Below are positions 18,793 through 29,642 of a stretch of 64,000 bases of DNA, piece after piece. This DNA comes from Candidatus Bathyarchaeota archaeon (lineage in GTDB: Archaea > Thermoproteota > Bathyarchaeia > Bathyarchaeales > Bathycorpusculaceae). Under the pieces are notes generated by a model. The model saw only the letters and a program-made list of their open reading frames with translations, was not told the origin of the DNA and made no database searches. Position 1 is the stretch's first letter; each line of letters begins with the position of its first letter. Both the position numbers and the translations under genes were made by a program. The stretch lies in assembly GCA_963833575.1 (NCBI GenBank), contig CAWHXY010000007.1, positions 64,001-128,000 on the forward strand, in the 5' to 3' direction.

Positions 18793-19497
18793 TTAATGTA
18801 GTTGCATTAATGAACTTATTAATGTAACAAGCCCAAGCACTATTAGTATTCCTGCACCTGCTATTGACACCCATTTCCTAAATAAAGGTGCCTTGTTAAG
18901 AAGCCACCCGGTAACTCCGCCTAAGAATAACATTGGAGACAAAGCCGTTCCCAAACCAAACAATACAGCGATGCCGACACTGCCAACGGGATTTGAGAAA
19001 GGTAACGAATAAATCAAAAGCGCAATCAACGGTGGACAGATAATTAAGCCTCTACTAAAACCAAGCGAAAAAGCTCGATAATCAAATCCAAACCTTCCAG
19101 TTTTTCTGTTTGCGACCAGTTTTTTGCTATCTGCAGAATTGAAGTCGCAAGAAGGCGACTTATACTTCAGAAGGATACTGGCGCCAATTACTATAGTGAC
19201 AATGCCGAAGGCGAAACCGGAATAAATTTGAAAGGGCGAGAGAGCAGTTTGAGATACGAATAATCGGAATAATCCGCTGAAAACACCAATTAAGCCGCCA
19301 ATCAAGGCGTAACCAGCTACTCGTCCAGAATTAAAGACAAGCGTAATTCCCACGCCTTTGCGGAAACCCGCGCCTACACCTGCAATATAGCCTGCAATGT
19401 AAGGTAAGCATGATGCCGTACAAACCACCATTCCATATAGCACTCCTCCAACGAATGCTCCGACATATGGATTGGCGATCTCAGGTATCAGCGACAT
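18793..19497 (-). CDS. DsbD_2 / TauE-SafE-like membrane protein
   Basis: CTASCLP, FNSGRVAGY, CPPL and FGLGT motifs; about six TMs. Confidence 0.8.
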   Translation of the reverse strand: MSLIPEIANPYVGAFVGGVLYGMVVCTASCLPYIAGYIAGVGAGFRKGVGITLVFNSGRVAGYALIGGLIGVFSGLFRLFVSQTALSPFQIYSGFAFGIVTIVIGASILLKYKSPSCDFNSADSKKLVANRKTGRFGFDYRAFSLGFSRGLIICPPLIALLIYSLPFSNPVGSVGIAVLFGLGTALSPMLFLGGVTGWLLNKAPLFRKWVSIAGAGILIVLGLVTLISSLMQLH

Positions 19498-19612
19498 GGG
19501 GACTCTCGTGAAATTTTGTTAAAGCAATTAATATGGAGATTCCATTTAAATGTTGCATATTTTTTGTTTCTGCATCCTTAGATTAACTAAAACCAGAAAA
19601 AAAGTAGGTTGG

Positions 19613-21847
19613 CTATGAAGGGGGTATTACTCTGGTGTTGTATTGTGCAAGGTATGCTAAATGTTCAGCGTCGTATGGATAGCTTTGATCAGCGGTGTAT
19701 GGGAATCCACTCATTCCGATGAAAGGCAATGGATCTACTGTAAAGTTGAATCCATATCCCCATCCTCCTAGCGGATCTTTAAACCAGCAAGCTACAAAAA
19801 AGAAGTAGTCTCTAACCATGCCAGGTTGAGGTGCAGTAAGGTTATCGATTGGGAATTCCATGTTAATTTGGTCGCCTTGACGTCCAATTACGTACATGTT
19901 GTCTGCATTTTGAAGTAGTGCTGTCACGTCACCATAACTTGTAAAGTTACCTGATGAAGAGGAATTGGTATCCCAGACTTGGCTTAGAGTTGCGATGGGG
20001 CTAACTTTTTGGACAGTTATGTTCTCTTGTGTTGTTAAGTCAACTCCGATGTAGTCGTAAGTTACTTTCCAGAAATTGATTATTTTGACCTGGTAATCGC
20101 TTACACCTGCAGGGAATAATCCTGTTAAATCCACCACGAAAGTTCTCGGGTTAGAATCCGACGGAATGGGCATCTGTTTATCCTGTGGGACAGGAATCCA
20201 AGTACCATTCGCAGCTTGAACATCTATGTAAGCAGGCGGCATAATTTGTGTACCGTTTGGCACAAGTCCTTGGGCAGCTGCTTCTTTGAAGCCGTTTATC
20301 CAGTTGTAATAATCGGTGGGTGATCCCCAATCAACCATTCCATTGATTTCAAGTTTAATCTGTTTTGCAGTGGATAAGTTGCCTAAGTCTAATGTTAACT
20401 GATTTAATGTGATATTGTTCCACGCTGGGCTTAGCGTTCCTTCGCTGGCATTTGTGAAAACCCCGTCAAGTTTTGAAATCTCAGGAAGAACATTTTCTCC
20501 TTTTTCATTAGTTGCGCTGACAGGCGATACTATACTGGTTTGGTTGACCGTGTATACTTGGTCGTTTAAGCCTGGGTTAAGATAATTGGTTACACTTGAG
20601 TAAACATCGGTTCCAGCTGGATGATCAACTACCAGCATATACGCAGAGTCTACATAGAATAACTCATCTGCTTGCTGGAAAAGAGTCATGTCGTAGTAAT
20701 TATTTCCATTAATAATTTTTGGTGCAAGCAAGTTTTTGTCAAGTTTAACGTTGTCCCATGGGTTGCCCCCTCCAAAAACTATGTTTCCGTTAGCGTCTAT
20801 ATGGCTAATGTACCCTAACCACCCAGCGTTTGAAACATCAGTAATATACGAATAACCGGTACCATTCCACGTGAACAATGACGGGCAGGATGCATATCCG
20901 CTGATTAAGTTGTAGGTCGCAACCAGAATTAGCGGTTTGTCCGACAATGTCACAGTTCGTGTTGGATTAGTGTTGCCATCTTGCCAATTTGAAAAAGCCA
21001 AGACGCCGGTTCCAACGCTGAAGGGGTTAGGAACTGATACAGTATAGTCTCCTACTGGCAAAACTCGACTAAAAGGCGTATTATAGCTGGCCCCATTCAA
21101 GGTGAAGGTTAGCGGCAATGAGCCGCCGCCAGACCTATTAATAATAAGCGTATGGTAACCACTTTGGACAATTAGAAATGATGAGCTTAAAGTATTAAGT
21201 TTTACAGTATGCGTTCCTTCGGTAGTTGCGTTGACTGTAAACACTATTGTTTGAGTGGTACTTGCGTTTAATTGGATCACTCTGGTTTCAACAAATATAT
21301 CATCAACTTTTACCCTGACGACTAGTTTATCTGCTTGATTAGTTGGATTTTCAGCAGTGGCTGTCACGTTAACCGGTTGATCTGGCCAAGCTTCATAAGG
21401 GTCAAAGACAATGTTGGACAAAATTATTTTGCTTGATCCAGGAGGAGCAGGGTTAATTGTAAACATTCCTGTTAGATCGCCAACGCTAACAGAATAATTT
21501 CCTGCAACATTTTCAATATCAGAATACTGAACAATTACAGAATCTCCGCCTGCAAGCGTTACGTTTTGCGTATATCTTGTTTCATTGTTAATTTCAAAAT
21601 TCAGAGTTTTGTTGCCTTCTAAATCACCTATGTTTGTTACATTAACTGAAATTTGTACCGCATCACTTTCATTTGCTACTGGCGGATCAATGATGAGGTT
21701 TTTTAGTGTAAAATTAGCGGGCTTAGCCGCAGTTGCTAGCATGCCTTGATTGTTAAGGTAAAAGTATGCTCCTGCAACGGCGCCTATAATAATAAAATCA
21801 ATAATAAGGATAGCTTTCAGTTTAACTACTGCGGAATGAGATAGCAT
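19613..21847 (-). CDS. Membrane-anchored surface protein with CARDB/Ig-like domains and a C-terminal SCPxLxxWNG domain
   Basis: N-terminal TM; ISVNVTNIGD CARDB pattern; SCPSLFTWNG ... VDPLPFIGMSGFPY ... YNTR. Confidence 0.8.
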   Translation of the reverse strand: MLSHSAVVKLKAILIIDFIIIGAVAGAYFYLNNQGMLATAAKPANFTLKNLIIDPPVANESDAVQISVNVTNIGDLEGNKTLNFEINNETRYTQNVTLAGGDSVIVQYSDIENVAGNYSVSVGDLTGMFTINPAPPGSSKIILSNIVFDPYEAWPDQPVNVTATAENPTNQADKLVVRVKVDDIFVETRVIQLNASTTQTIVFTVNATTEGTHTVKLNTLSSSFLIVQSGYHTLIINRSGGGSLPLTFTLNGASYNTPFSRVLPVGDYTVSVPNPFSVGTGVLAFSNWQDGNTNPTRTVTLSDKPLILVATYNLISGYASCPSLFTWNGTGYSYITDVSNAGWLGYISHIDANGNIVFGGGNPWDNVKLDKNLLAPKIINGNNYYDMTLFQQADELFYVDSAYMLVVDHPAGTDVYSSVTNYLNPGLNDQVYTVNQTSIVSPVSATNEKGENVLPEISKLDGVFTNASEGTLSPAWNNITLNQLTLDLGNLSTAKQIKLEINGMVDWGSPTDYYNWINGFKEAAAQGLVPNGTQIMPPAYIDVQAANGTWIPVPQDKQMPIPSDSNPRTFVVDLTGLFPAGVSDYQVKIINFWKVTYDYIGVDLTTQENITVQKVSPIATLSQVWDTNSSSSGNFTSYGDVTALLQNADNMYVIGRQGDQINMEFPIDNLTAPQPGMVRDYFFFVACWFKDPLGGWGYGFNFTVDPLPFIGMSGFPYTADQSYPYDAEHLAYLAQYNTRVIPPS

Positions 21848-22026
21848 TTTAACAGCACTATGTAGATTTACAAGAGATCATTAAACATTAAAGGATTGTG
21901 ATTTTTGAAAAATATTTAAGTTAATTTAAGCTGTTGCTGTATTATTACAGTCACATAACTAAATATATTGAATTTATCTTCTAGCAACCAAGCATCGGCT
22001 AACAACCGAATTTTAGGAGATAAATA

Positions 22027-22755
22027 GTGTTAAAAACATCAAAAATTCTTGTTGTCATTTTGCTAACTGCAACACTATTAATGCCAATCGTAAGTTTGAA
22101 CCTGGCGAAGGCGCAATCACAAGCAACTGTTGACATGATAGCTAGTGTAGGAGGAACGACAGTTCCATCGGGAGACAATAATACGTATGCTGACGGTACA
22201 GTCGTTACGTTAACTGCCACTGCTGGAAATGGTTTTCTTTTCCAGTATTGGGCAATTGTAAGTAGCGCAGGCGGTACTCAAGACTTGAATAATCCTACTA
22301 CGTTAACGGTCAAAGGCGGAGAAACCTATGCTGTCCAAGCAGTTTTCCAACCAATTAATTTTCAGCCACCTGCCACTCAAACTACAAGCGCTACAAATGC
22401 TATCGTTGTTGTCTTAGCTTCTGTTGGAGGAACAACTACACCTGCAGCAGGAATATATGCTGTAGCAGACGCATCACAGCTGAAGCTAACTGCTACGCCA
22501 ATTAGCGGTTTTAAGTTTGACCACTGGGTTATAGGCGGCACTCCACTTAATCATGGTGCATACAATTTCACTGGTACTCCAACTGACAATCCGTACACTG
22601 TAGATCACGGTTACGGAAACACCTATACCTATCAGCCAGTTTTCAGCCCGACAAATGCAGTTCCAGAATTTTCAAGTCTAGCAACAGTCGCCATGGCTTT
22701 AGTATTAGTAGCAATAGCTTTTGGAACATATGCATATAAACGAAAGACAAAATAA
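22027..22755 (+). CDS. Secreted protein with InlB-B-repeat-like domains and PEF-CTERM-like sorting signal
   Basis: VTLTATAGNGFLFQYW and LTATPISGFKFDHW repeats; VPEFSS + TM + KRKTK. Confidence 0.8.
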   Translation: MLKTSKILVVILLTATLLMPIVSLNLAKAQSQATVDMIASVGGTTVPSGDNNTYADGTVVTLTATAGNGFLFQYWAIVSSAGGTQDLNNPTTLTVKGGETYAVQAVFQPINFQPPATQTTSATNAIVVVLASVGGTTTPAAGIYAVADASQLKLTATPISGFKFDHWVIGGTPLNHGAYNFTGTPTDNPYTVDHGYGNTYTYQPVFSPTNAVPEFSSLATVAMALVLVAIAFGTYAYKRKTK

Positions 22756-22850
22756 AATTTCCCTTTTTTTGTTTTTACAAGAATTTCAGTTCGTCATTCC
22801 GCATTCTAAAAAATAATCAATTTTAATAATTATTCTATTATTATTCTTTT

Positions 22851-24221
22851 TTATGTGCAGTCTGGTTCTATGTGTACAGTGACAACCGAATTTGCAAATC
22901 GCTCCCTGGTTTCTTTCTCAAGTAACGAGGCAATTCTGTGTGCTTCCTTTATCTGAATCTGTTTGATGAAGCAGCAGTCGATGTTAATGTAGCGTTTACT
23001 GTCAGCGGCGTAAGTTACTATACGGTTAATGTGAAGATGTCCGGCGAGGTTTTTAGCAACTTCATAAACGGCTTTCTTTAGCTGTGCTTCATCAACATCC
23101 ATGGCTGGAAAAGCCACGCCTGAAGGTTCTACATGTACAGTAACGTTTTCAAGTGGCTTAATTTCAGCTTTCACCCTTTGCTCAATAACTTCCGCTATTT
23201 TGTGTGCTTCTTCAACTGACAATTCAGGGTTAACGTAGGCGTGCAAAGTAATGTAGAATTTACCGTCCGTAAAAATAGTCGAGATTTCATGCACCTCCTT
23301 CACACCCTCAACCGTAGCGAGCTTCTCTACTAATTGATCCATTTTAGCATCTTTTTCGGACGGTTCAATATGGATTGTCGCGTCAACGTTGCCAAGAGTC
23401 TGCTTTAGGCTATTTTCAATTTTAGTTGCCAAAGAATGTGCATCTTCCAAGCTCATGTGGCTTGAAACTTGCACTGACGCGTCAACAAAAACTTTAGAGC
23501 TTACTTTGCGAACTTTAAGGTTTTCAGTTTTAACTACACTCTCATGTGAAAGAATAGCTTTCTTTGTTTTTTGTACAAGCTCCTTTGAGGCAGTATCGCT
23601 GAGCTCCATTATGCTGAATCTCACAAGTTTAATACTTAAATAGCTAAGCATAATGCCTAGAAAAATTGATGCTATGGAATCACCGTAGAAAAAGCCAACA
23701 GTAGCCAAACCAAAGCCTATGAGGGCAAGCAGTGTTGAGCTTAAATCCGAAATAGCATCGTAAAGACCAACTCTCATAGATGGGCTTTCGATGTGTTGAC
23801 TTCTTTTGAAAACAGTAATTCTCAAAATTGCAACGAAAATAGCATATCCAATTGCAATGAAACCTGCAAACTCTGCTCCTTGGACAATTTTACTCCCCTC
23901 CATCAATCTGGCTGCCGCTTCATAGAAAATTAGGAATGCCACGGCAATTAAGACTATTCCACCGATGAGTCCACCTATGTCTTCAAATTTTTCATGGCCG
24001 TAAGTGTGCTCTTCATCAGGAGGTTTTAATGAAGCACGAACTGCAAAATAAAGCATTATGGTGGAAATTGCATCAAGCAAACAGTGCAAACCGTCGCTGA
24101 GGATCGCCAAACTATTAACGAATAAGCCTATAGACACTTCAAGTATTACTACGCTAAAAATAGCAGTTGCTGTAATTTTCAAAGCCTTAAGTTTATAATT
24201 TCCTTCTTGAGCGCCTTGCAT
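22851..24221 (-). CDS. Cation diffusion facilitator with three tandem C-terminal dimerisation domains
   Basis: SDGLH..D and PPDEEHTYGHEKFE; three AH...IHIEP/VHVEP/VHIEP repeats. Confidence 0.9.
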   Translation of the reverse strand: MQGAQEGNYKLKALKITATAIFSVVILEVSIGLFVNSLAILSDGLHCLLDAISTIMLYFAVRASLKPPDEEHTYGHEKFEDIGGLIGGIVLIAVAFLIFYEAAARLMEGSKIVQGAEFAGFIAIGYAIFVAILRITVFKRSQHIESPSMRVGLYDAISDLSSTLLALIGFGLATVGFFYGDSIASIFLGIMLSYLSIKLVRFSIMELSDTASKELVQKTKKAILSHESVVKTENLKVRKVSSKVFVDASVQVSSHMSLEDAHSLATKIENSLKQTLGNVDATIHIEPSEKDAKMDQLVEKLATVEGVKEVHEISTIFTDGKFYITLHAYVNPELSVEEAHKIAEVIEQRVKAEIKPLENVTVHVEPSGVAFPAMDVDEAQLKKAVYEVAKNLAGHLHINRIVTYAADSKRYINIDCCFIKQIQIKEAHRIASLLEKETRERFANSVVTVHIEPDCT

Positions 24222-24475
24222 TTTTGTTTGTCAGAACTATGCTCATACTAAGGGCGATTTAAGAATTACGGGCATTATAACAATCGTAAATGTTAAAGAA
24301 GCCGCTTTGTTGATTGTCAATTTTTTAATAATACTTAAACCGATTTTATCGGCAAATGAAGTTGTCAGCTCTTTTCCGAGTATATGACCATTATTATTAA
24401 AGAGCCAAAAGCTAAACCTAAAAATAAAATCGATAGGCATTTAGGGTTGAAAATAAGTATTAATGGAAACGGTCG

Positions 24476-25765
24476 ATGCTAATGGCTTTACAGAAAATAA
24501 ACAAAATATTAGAAGGATGCTGCCCTGATCAAAAAGTAACTGTACGTGGCTGGATTTATCGAAAACGTGAGGGAAAAGAACTCATTTTCCTCGTTATCCG
24601 CGACTCAACCGGATTCATCCAATGCACCGTAAAGAAAACGAGTCTATGCTGGGCGGAAGCACAACGCTTAACGATCGAATCGTCCTTAACACTTGAAGGT
24701 ACCGCACGAGAAGACAAGCGTGCTCCAGGCGGATACGAAATAAGCGCAGATAGCGTCAACGTTATAGGTTTAGCAGAAACTTTCCCCATAGCCAAAGACA
24801 AAAGCGAAGAATTCATCCGCGACATGCGCCATCTGTGGCTTCGAAGCAGAAAAATGAATTTAATGATGAAAGTCCGCGGCGACGTATTAGAAGCAACCCG
24901 CCAATACTTTAAGAGCCAAGGCTACACGGAAGTTTCACCTCCAATGTTTATTTCGGCAGCAGTCGAAGGCGGCTCGACACTTTTCGGCTTAAAATATTTT
25001 GATCAAGATCTATACCTGACCCAGAGTAGCCAGCTTTACCTTGAAATCTTGATATACTCTTTAGAAAATGTTTATTGCATTGCTCCATCTTTTCGTGCTG
25101 AAAAAAGCCGAACAATCAGGCACTTAACCGAGTATTGGCATATGGAAGCGGAATGGCCTTTCGCTGATATGAATGACTTGATGAAGTTTGAAGAAGGATT
25201 AATGACACATGTTTGCCAGGCTATCGGCGATACTTGTCAAAAAGAGTTCACAGAAATCGGCGCAGACATAAGCAAGCTAAAAGCAGTGAAAACACCATTT
25301 CCACGCATAACCTACGCTGAAGCAATCGAGCGCCTCAAGTCAAAGAATCCATCACTTAATTGGGGAGCCGACTTAGGCTACGAGGACGAGAAAGTGCTTG
25401 CAGAAGACTTTGGGAAACCCTTCTTTGTTTATGATTACCCCACAGAAATTAAGGCGTTTTACTGTAAAACCTACAAAGAGCATCCTGAAATTGCGATGTC
25501 AGTTGACATGATGGTTCCACGAATAGGCGAAATCAGCACGGGCGGCGCAAGGGAAGAAGACAAGGACACCCTTATTTCACGTATGAAAGCGCAAGGCTTG
25601 AAACCTGAAGACTATGAATGGTACCTTGACTTACGACGCTACGGCACAGTACCGCACGTTGGTTTTGGAATGGGGCTTGAGCGCCTTTTGACATGGATGC
25701 TTGACTTAGACAATATCTTAGATGCTATTCCATTTCCAAGAACAACTCGCAGGTTCTATCCCTAA
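24476..25765 (+). CDS. asnS: Asparagine--tRNA ligase
   Basis: OB fold; LTQSSQLYLE, FRAEKSRT.RHLTEYW and GFGMGLER motifs. Confidence 0.9.
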   Translation: MLMALQKINKILEGCCPDQKVTVRGWIYRKREGKELIFLVIRDSTGFIQCTVKKTSLCWAEAQRLTIESSLTLEGTAREDKRAPGGYEISADSVNVIGLAETFPIAKDKSEEFIRDMRHLWLRSRKMNLMMKVRGDVLEATRQYFKSQGYTEVSPPMFISAAVEGGSTLFGLKYFDQDLYLTQSSQLYLEILIYSLENVYCIAPSFRAEKSRTIRHLTEYWHMEAEWPFADMNDLMKFEEGLMTHVCQAIGDTCQKEFTEIGADISKLKAVKTPFPRITYAEAIERLKSKNPSLNWGADLGYEDEKVLAEDFGKPFFVYDYPTEIKAFYCKTYKEHPEIAMSVDMMVPRIGEISTGGAREEDKDTLISRMKAQGLKPEDYEWYLDLRRYGTVPHVGFGMGLERLLTWMLDLDNILDAIPFPRTTRRFYP

Positions 25766-25776
25766 ACTTTTTTCTT

Positions 25777-26487
25777 TTAAGGGTAACCTGTAAAATATTC
25801 CTGTCTCAGCTGCGTTTTCGGCAAGCCTAAGCTTTCGATAATAGTTTCCATTGCTTTTACCATGGGCGGTGGTCCGCAAGTATAAAATACATTTTCGTCG
25901 TAGTCGGGCAGCGCTTTCTTAATCATCTCCGCGGTAATTACGCCAGTTTCCCCAGTCCATTGAATTGACGGTTGATTAACTATACACACTATTTTTAAAT
26001 TCTCATTTTCTTTTTGCATGTTTTCAAGTTCATCTTTGAATGCGATATCTGCTTCAGTGCGGCATCCGTAGAAAAGAGTAATTCTTGAATTTAGACGCTT
26101 GTCGGTCGCATTTTTGATTATACTGATAAACGGAGTTATTCCTATGCCTCCTGCCACCAAAGCGATTTTAGGATGTTCGCCTTCAAAAGTAAATTGCCCG
26201 TAAGGTGCATCTATTCTTGCCCAATCACCAACTTTGGCTGATCTTAGGGCCACGGAGTATTCGTGGTCGGTGAATTTTTTGGTGAACTCAAAATGTTTTT
26301 GTTCTGTTGGGCTGCTGCTGAAACTGAAGTGGTGAGCTAGCTCTCTGTCGGCTTGTTTAATATTTATCATAAAGTATTGGCCGGGTTTGTAAGTTAATTC
26401 AGTAGGTCTTGGAAACCTGAAGCTTGTTACGTCAGCGGTTCGTGGTAAAATTTCAGAGATTTTTGTTTCAAACTTCATAAAAATCAA
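25777..26487 (-). CDS. FNR-like FAD/NAD(P)-dependent oxidoreductase
   Basis: YKPGQY, FSFSS, AGGIGITPF and YTCGPPPM motifs. Confidence 0.9.
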   Translation of the reverse strand: MIFMKFETKISEILPRTADVTSFRFPRPTELTYKPGQYFMINIKQADRELAHHFSFSSSPTEQKHFEFTKKFTDHEYSVALRSAKVGDWARIDAPYGQFTFEGEHPKIALVAGGIGITPFISIIKNATDKRLNSRITLFYGCRTEADIAFKDELENMQKENENLKIVCIVNQPSIQWTGETGVITAEMIKKALPDYDENVFYTCGPPPMVKAMETIIESLGLPKTQLRQEYFTGYP

Positions 26488-26943
26488 ATCGTAAGGAACC
26501 AGTGATTTTAATTATGTTTTCTTCGTTTCAATAAACTTTGTGGCTAAAATTATCTTTTAAAATTGTGCACTAATCCTCACGCTCCTGTCTATTTGGAGAA
26601 AAGTGTTAAGAAATGGGTAAGGGCACACGAAATGGAATTTATTTAACCTTCATTAAGCCATGAAGGGCTTTGCCGCTAACACCTGTGGATTAACTAGACA
26701 AGAAACCTGACCACGTTTTTGCCATTTGTGTATTTGAATCAGGTGTAAAAACTCTCTTTGATTTACATACCCGTGAAAAAAATACTCGACTGAGCAATTG
26801 CTGTGCTGTTTTCAAGTGTAATATTTAGTATCTTAAAAATTGGCAAATGCGTCGTTTCAAAATGGAAGGTGTCAGTGACCGTAAAGCTTTAAAATGAATC
26901 AGATGATTGAAGTGGTAAAATATCATTTGGAGAAACATTAGAA

Positions 26944-27537
26944 ATGAGTGATAATCTGTTAACTAAATTGGCTAATCCTGCACCTCTTGGGCTTCTTGGC
27001 TTTGGCGTAACTACTGTTCTTCTCAACTTGGTCAATGCGGGCGTTTTTCCTCTCGACACAGTAATCTTGGCTATGGGCATAGCTTACGGCGGCATTGCAC
27101 AGATAATTGTTGGCATTATGGAGTTTAAGAAAGGCAACACGTTTGGCACTGTAGCATTTCTCTCTTATGGCTTGTTCTGGTGGAGTCTAGTTCTGCTTCT
27201 GATTCTGCCGAAATTCACTGGATTCGCAGGTCCTTCATCGTCTTCGTTGGCGGCGTACTTCATTATGTGGGGCATCTTTACGTTTGGCATGTTCTTTGGC
27301 ACCCTTAAAGCTAACCGCGCCTTGCAATTCGTCTTTGGCAGCCTAACCGTACTGTTCTTTATGCTGGCAACTAGAGAGTTAACAAACAACCCCACCCTGT
27401 CAGGATCAATAACATTCAACACATTCGTTGGCATCGAAGGCGTCATATGCGGCGCAAGCGCAGTCTACCTAGGAATAGCAGAAGTCCTAAACGAAACGCA
27501 CCATAAGACTATCTTGCCAATTTATCCAACAAGCTAA
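26944..27537 (+). CDS. satP: Acetate uptake transporter (SatP/YaaH/GPR1 family)
   Basis: [12 protein letters not shown] and NTFG...SYG.FW motifs; upstream of acs. Confidence 0.92.
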   Translation: MSDNLLTKLANPAPLGLLGFGVTTVLLNLVNAGVFPLDTVILAMGIAYGGIAQIIVGIMEFKKGNTFGTVAFLSYGLFWWSLVLLLILPKFTGFAGPSSSSLAAYFIMWGIFTFGMFFGTLKANRALQFVFGSLTVLFFMLATRELTNNPTLSGSITFNTFVGIEGVICGASAVYLGIAEVLNETHHKTILPIYPTS

Positions 27538-27621
27538 AAACAACAATTTTCTTTTTTTATTTTCATCTAAATTAAGTGAAAAACTTATATTCTTAGTTAC
27601 CTCAGTTCCCAGCCAGTTAGG

Positions 27622-29589
27622 TTGAGCGAAATGTCAGAATCTAGTTTACCTTTCAACGAAAGGTATTATCCAAGTATCGCAAAAGTTTCTAATGGAGAGA
27701 TACGAAAACAAGAATCTGAAAAAGCACTAAAGAATCCACAGGAGTACTGGGCAGAAAAGGCAAAAGCTATCGATTGGTCTAAGCCGTTCAGCAAAGCCCT
27801 AGATGATTCGAATCCGCCGTTTTACAAGTGGTTCCCCGATGGAGAATTAAACATCTCTTACAACTGTCTAGACAGACATGTAAAAAGTAACCGCAAAAAC
27901 AAACTCGCTTACATTTGGGAAGGTGAAATGGGCGAAGTAAAAAATTACACTTATTATCAACTATATAGAGAAGTAAACAAACTTGCAAAAGCACTAAAAG
28001 ACCTCGGTGTCAAAAAAGGTGACCGTGTTGCAGTTTTCCTACCGGTTATTCCTGAGTTGCCCATAGCTTTGCTTGCAACCGCAAGAGTTGGCGGAATTCA
28101 CACCGTTGTATTTTCAGGGTTTAGCGCTGAAGCCTTAGCTGATAGAGTAAATGATTGTGGAGCAAAAATCTTAATCACGGCAGACGGTTCTTTCAGGCGT
28201 GGAAAACCAGTCGGCATAAAAGATAATGCAGATCGTGGAATGCCACTTATGACTAACATCGAAAAGGTTATTGTTGTTAAACGGACTGGTCAACCTGTTC
28301 AGATGAAAGAAGGCAGAGACATTTGGTACCATGATGCTCTTGCAAGTGCAGGTGCAAATGCATATGTTGAACCAGAAAGCATGAAATCAACAGATCCACT
28401 ATTCATTCTTTACACTTCAGGAACCACAGGCAAACCAAAAGGTGTTCAGCATGGAATAGGCGGATACCTTGTTTGGGCTTACTGGACTCTTAAATGGGCT
28501 TTTAACCCCACTGACGAAGACATTTACTGGTGCGTTGCAGACATCGGTTGGATCACAGGACACACATACAACGTTTATGCGCCCCTAAGTCATGGAATTA
28601 CTGCTTTCCTATTCGAAGGCACACCTGATTACCCAGGACAAGACCGCTGGTGGCAAATGATTGAAACCCACGGCATAAGCATCCTTTACGGCACACCAAC
28701 AGCTGTCAGAATGTTCATGAAATTCGGAGAAGACTTGGTACTAAAACATGACCTAAGCAGCCTACGCATACTAGGCTCAGTAGGTGAACCAATAAACCCC
28801 GAAGCTTGGAAATGGTATTACCGTGTCATAGGCAAAGAAAAACTACCGATAATCGATACCTGGTGGCAAACAGAAACCGGTGGATTTATGATTGCTCCAG
28901 CCTCAGGCATAGAACTAACACCTTTAAAACCAGGCAGCGCAACACTTCCAATGCCATCAGTCAACGCAGACATCTACGATGAGAAAGGCCAGCCAGTACA
29001 ACCAGGCAACAAAGGAGTACTAGTAATCAAGTCACCTTGGCCAGGCATGCTACAGCAAATTTGGAAAGACCCTGATCGCTTCAAACAAACTTACTTTGGC
29101 AGATGGCCAGGAATCTACTTCTCAGGCGACTACGCAGTGCGAGACCCAGATGGGTACTTTTGGCTTCTTGGCCGATCCGATGAAGTTCTCAAAGTAGCAG
29201 GCCACAGAATAGGCACCGTCGAACTTGAAAGCGCATTAGTTTCTCATCCAGCAGTCTCTGAGGCAGCAGTAATGGGCAAAGAAGACGTAGTAAAAGGAGA
29301 AGTTCCAGTAGCATTCGTTGTATTGCGAAGCGGCTTCACAGCCTCTGACGAATTACGAATGGAACTCATAAAACACGTCCGAACAACCATTGGCCCAATA
29401 GCAACTCCCGACGCCGTCATTATCGTTAACAAACTGCCAAAGACCAGAAGCGGCAAAATTATGCGAAGACTCCTCAAAGCAGTCTTAACTGGCGCACCAC
29501 TAGGCGACACATCAACAATCGAAGACGAAGGCTCAATTGAAGACATAAAAGCAACATACAGCGAACTGCGAAAGCAGCTCGCCAAATAA
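27622..29589 (+). CDS. acs: Acetyl-CoA synthetase (AMP-forming)
   Basis: YTSGTTGKPKG, DTWWQTETG and LPKTRSGKIMRR motifs. Confidence 0.95.
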   Translation: MSEMSESSLPFNERYYPSIAKVSNGEIRKQESEKALKNPQEYWAEKAKAIDWSKPFSKALDDSNPPFYKWFPDGELNISYNCLDRHVKSNRKNKLAYIWEGEMGEVKNYTYYQLYREVNKLAKALKDLGVKKGDRVAVFLPVIPELPIALLATARVGGIHTVVFSGFSAEALADRVNDCGAKILITADGSFRRGKPVGIKDNADRGMPLMTNIEKVIVVKRTGQPVQMKEGRDIWYHDALASAGANAYVEPESMKSTDPLFILYTSGTTGKPKGVQHGIGGYLVWAYWTLKWAFNPTDEDIYWCVADIGWITGHTYNVYAPLSHGITAFLFEGTPDYPGQDRWWQMIETHGISILYGTPTAVRMFMKFGEDLVLKHDLSSLRILGSVGEPINPEAWKWYYRVIGKEKLPIIDTWWQTETGGFMIAPASGIELTPLKPGSATLPMPSVNADIYDEKGQPVQPGNKGVLVIKSPWPGMLQQIWKDPDRFKQTYFGRWPGIYFSGDYAVRDPDGYFWLLGRSDEVLKVAGHRIGTVELESALVSHPAVSEAAVMGKEDVVKGEVPVAFVVLRSGFTASDELRMELIKHVRTTIGPIATPDAVIIVNKLPKTRSGKIMRRLLKAVLTGAPLGDTSTIEDEGSIEDIKATYSELRKQLAK

Positions 29590-29642
29590 TTTCCTTTTTT
29601 CAATTTCTTATTTTTTTAATTTTTTAAATTTCATTTTTTGGA

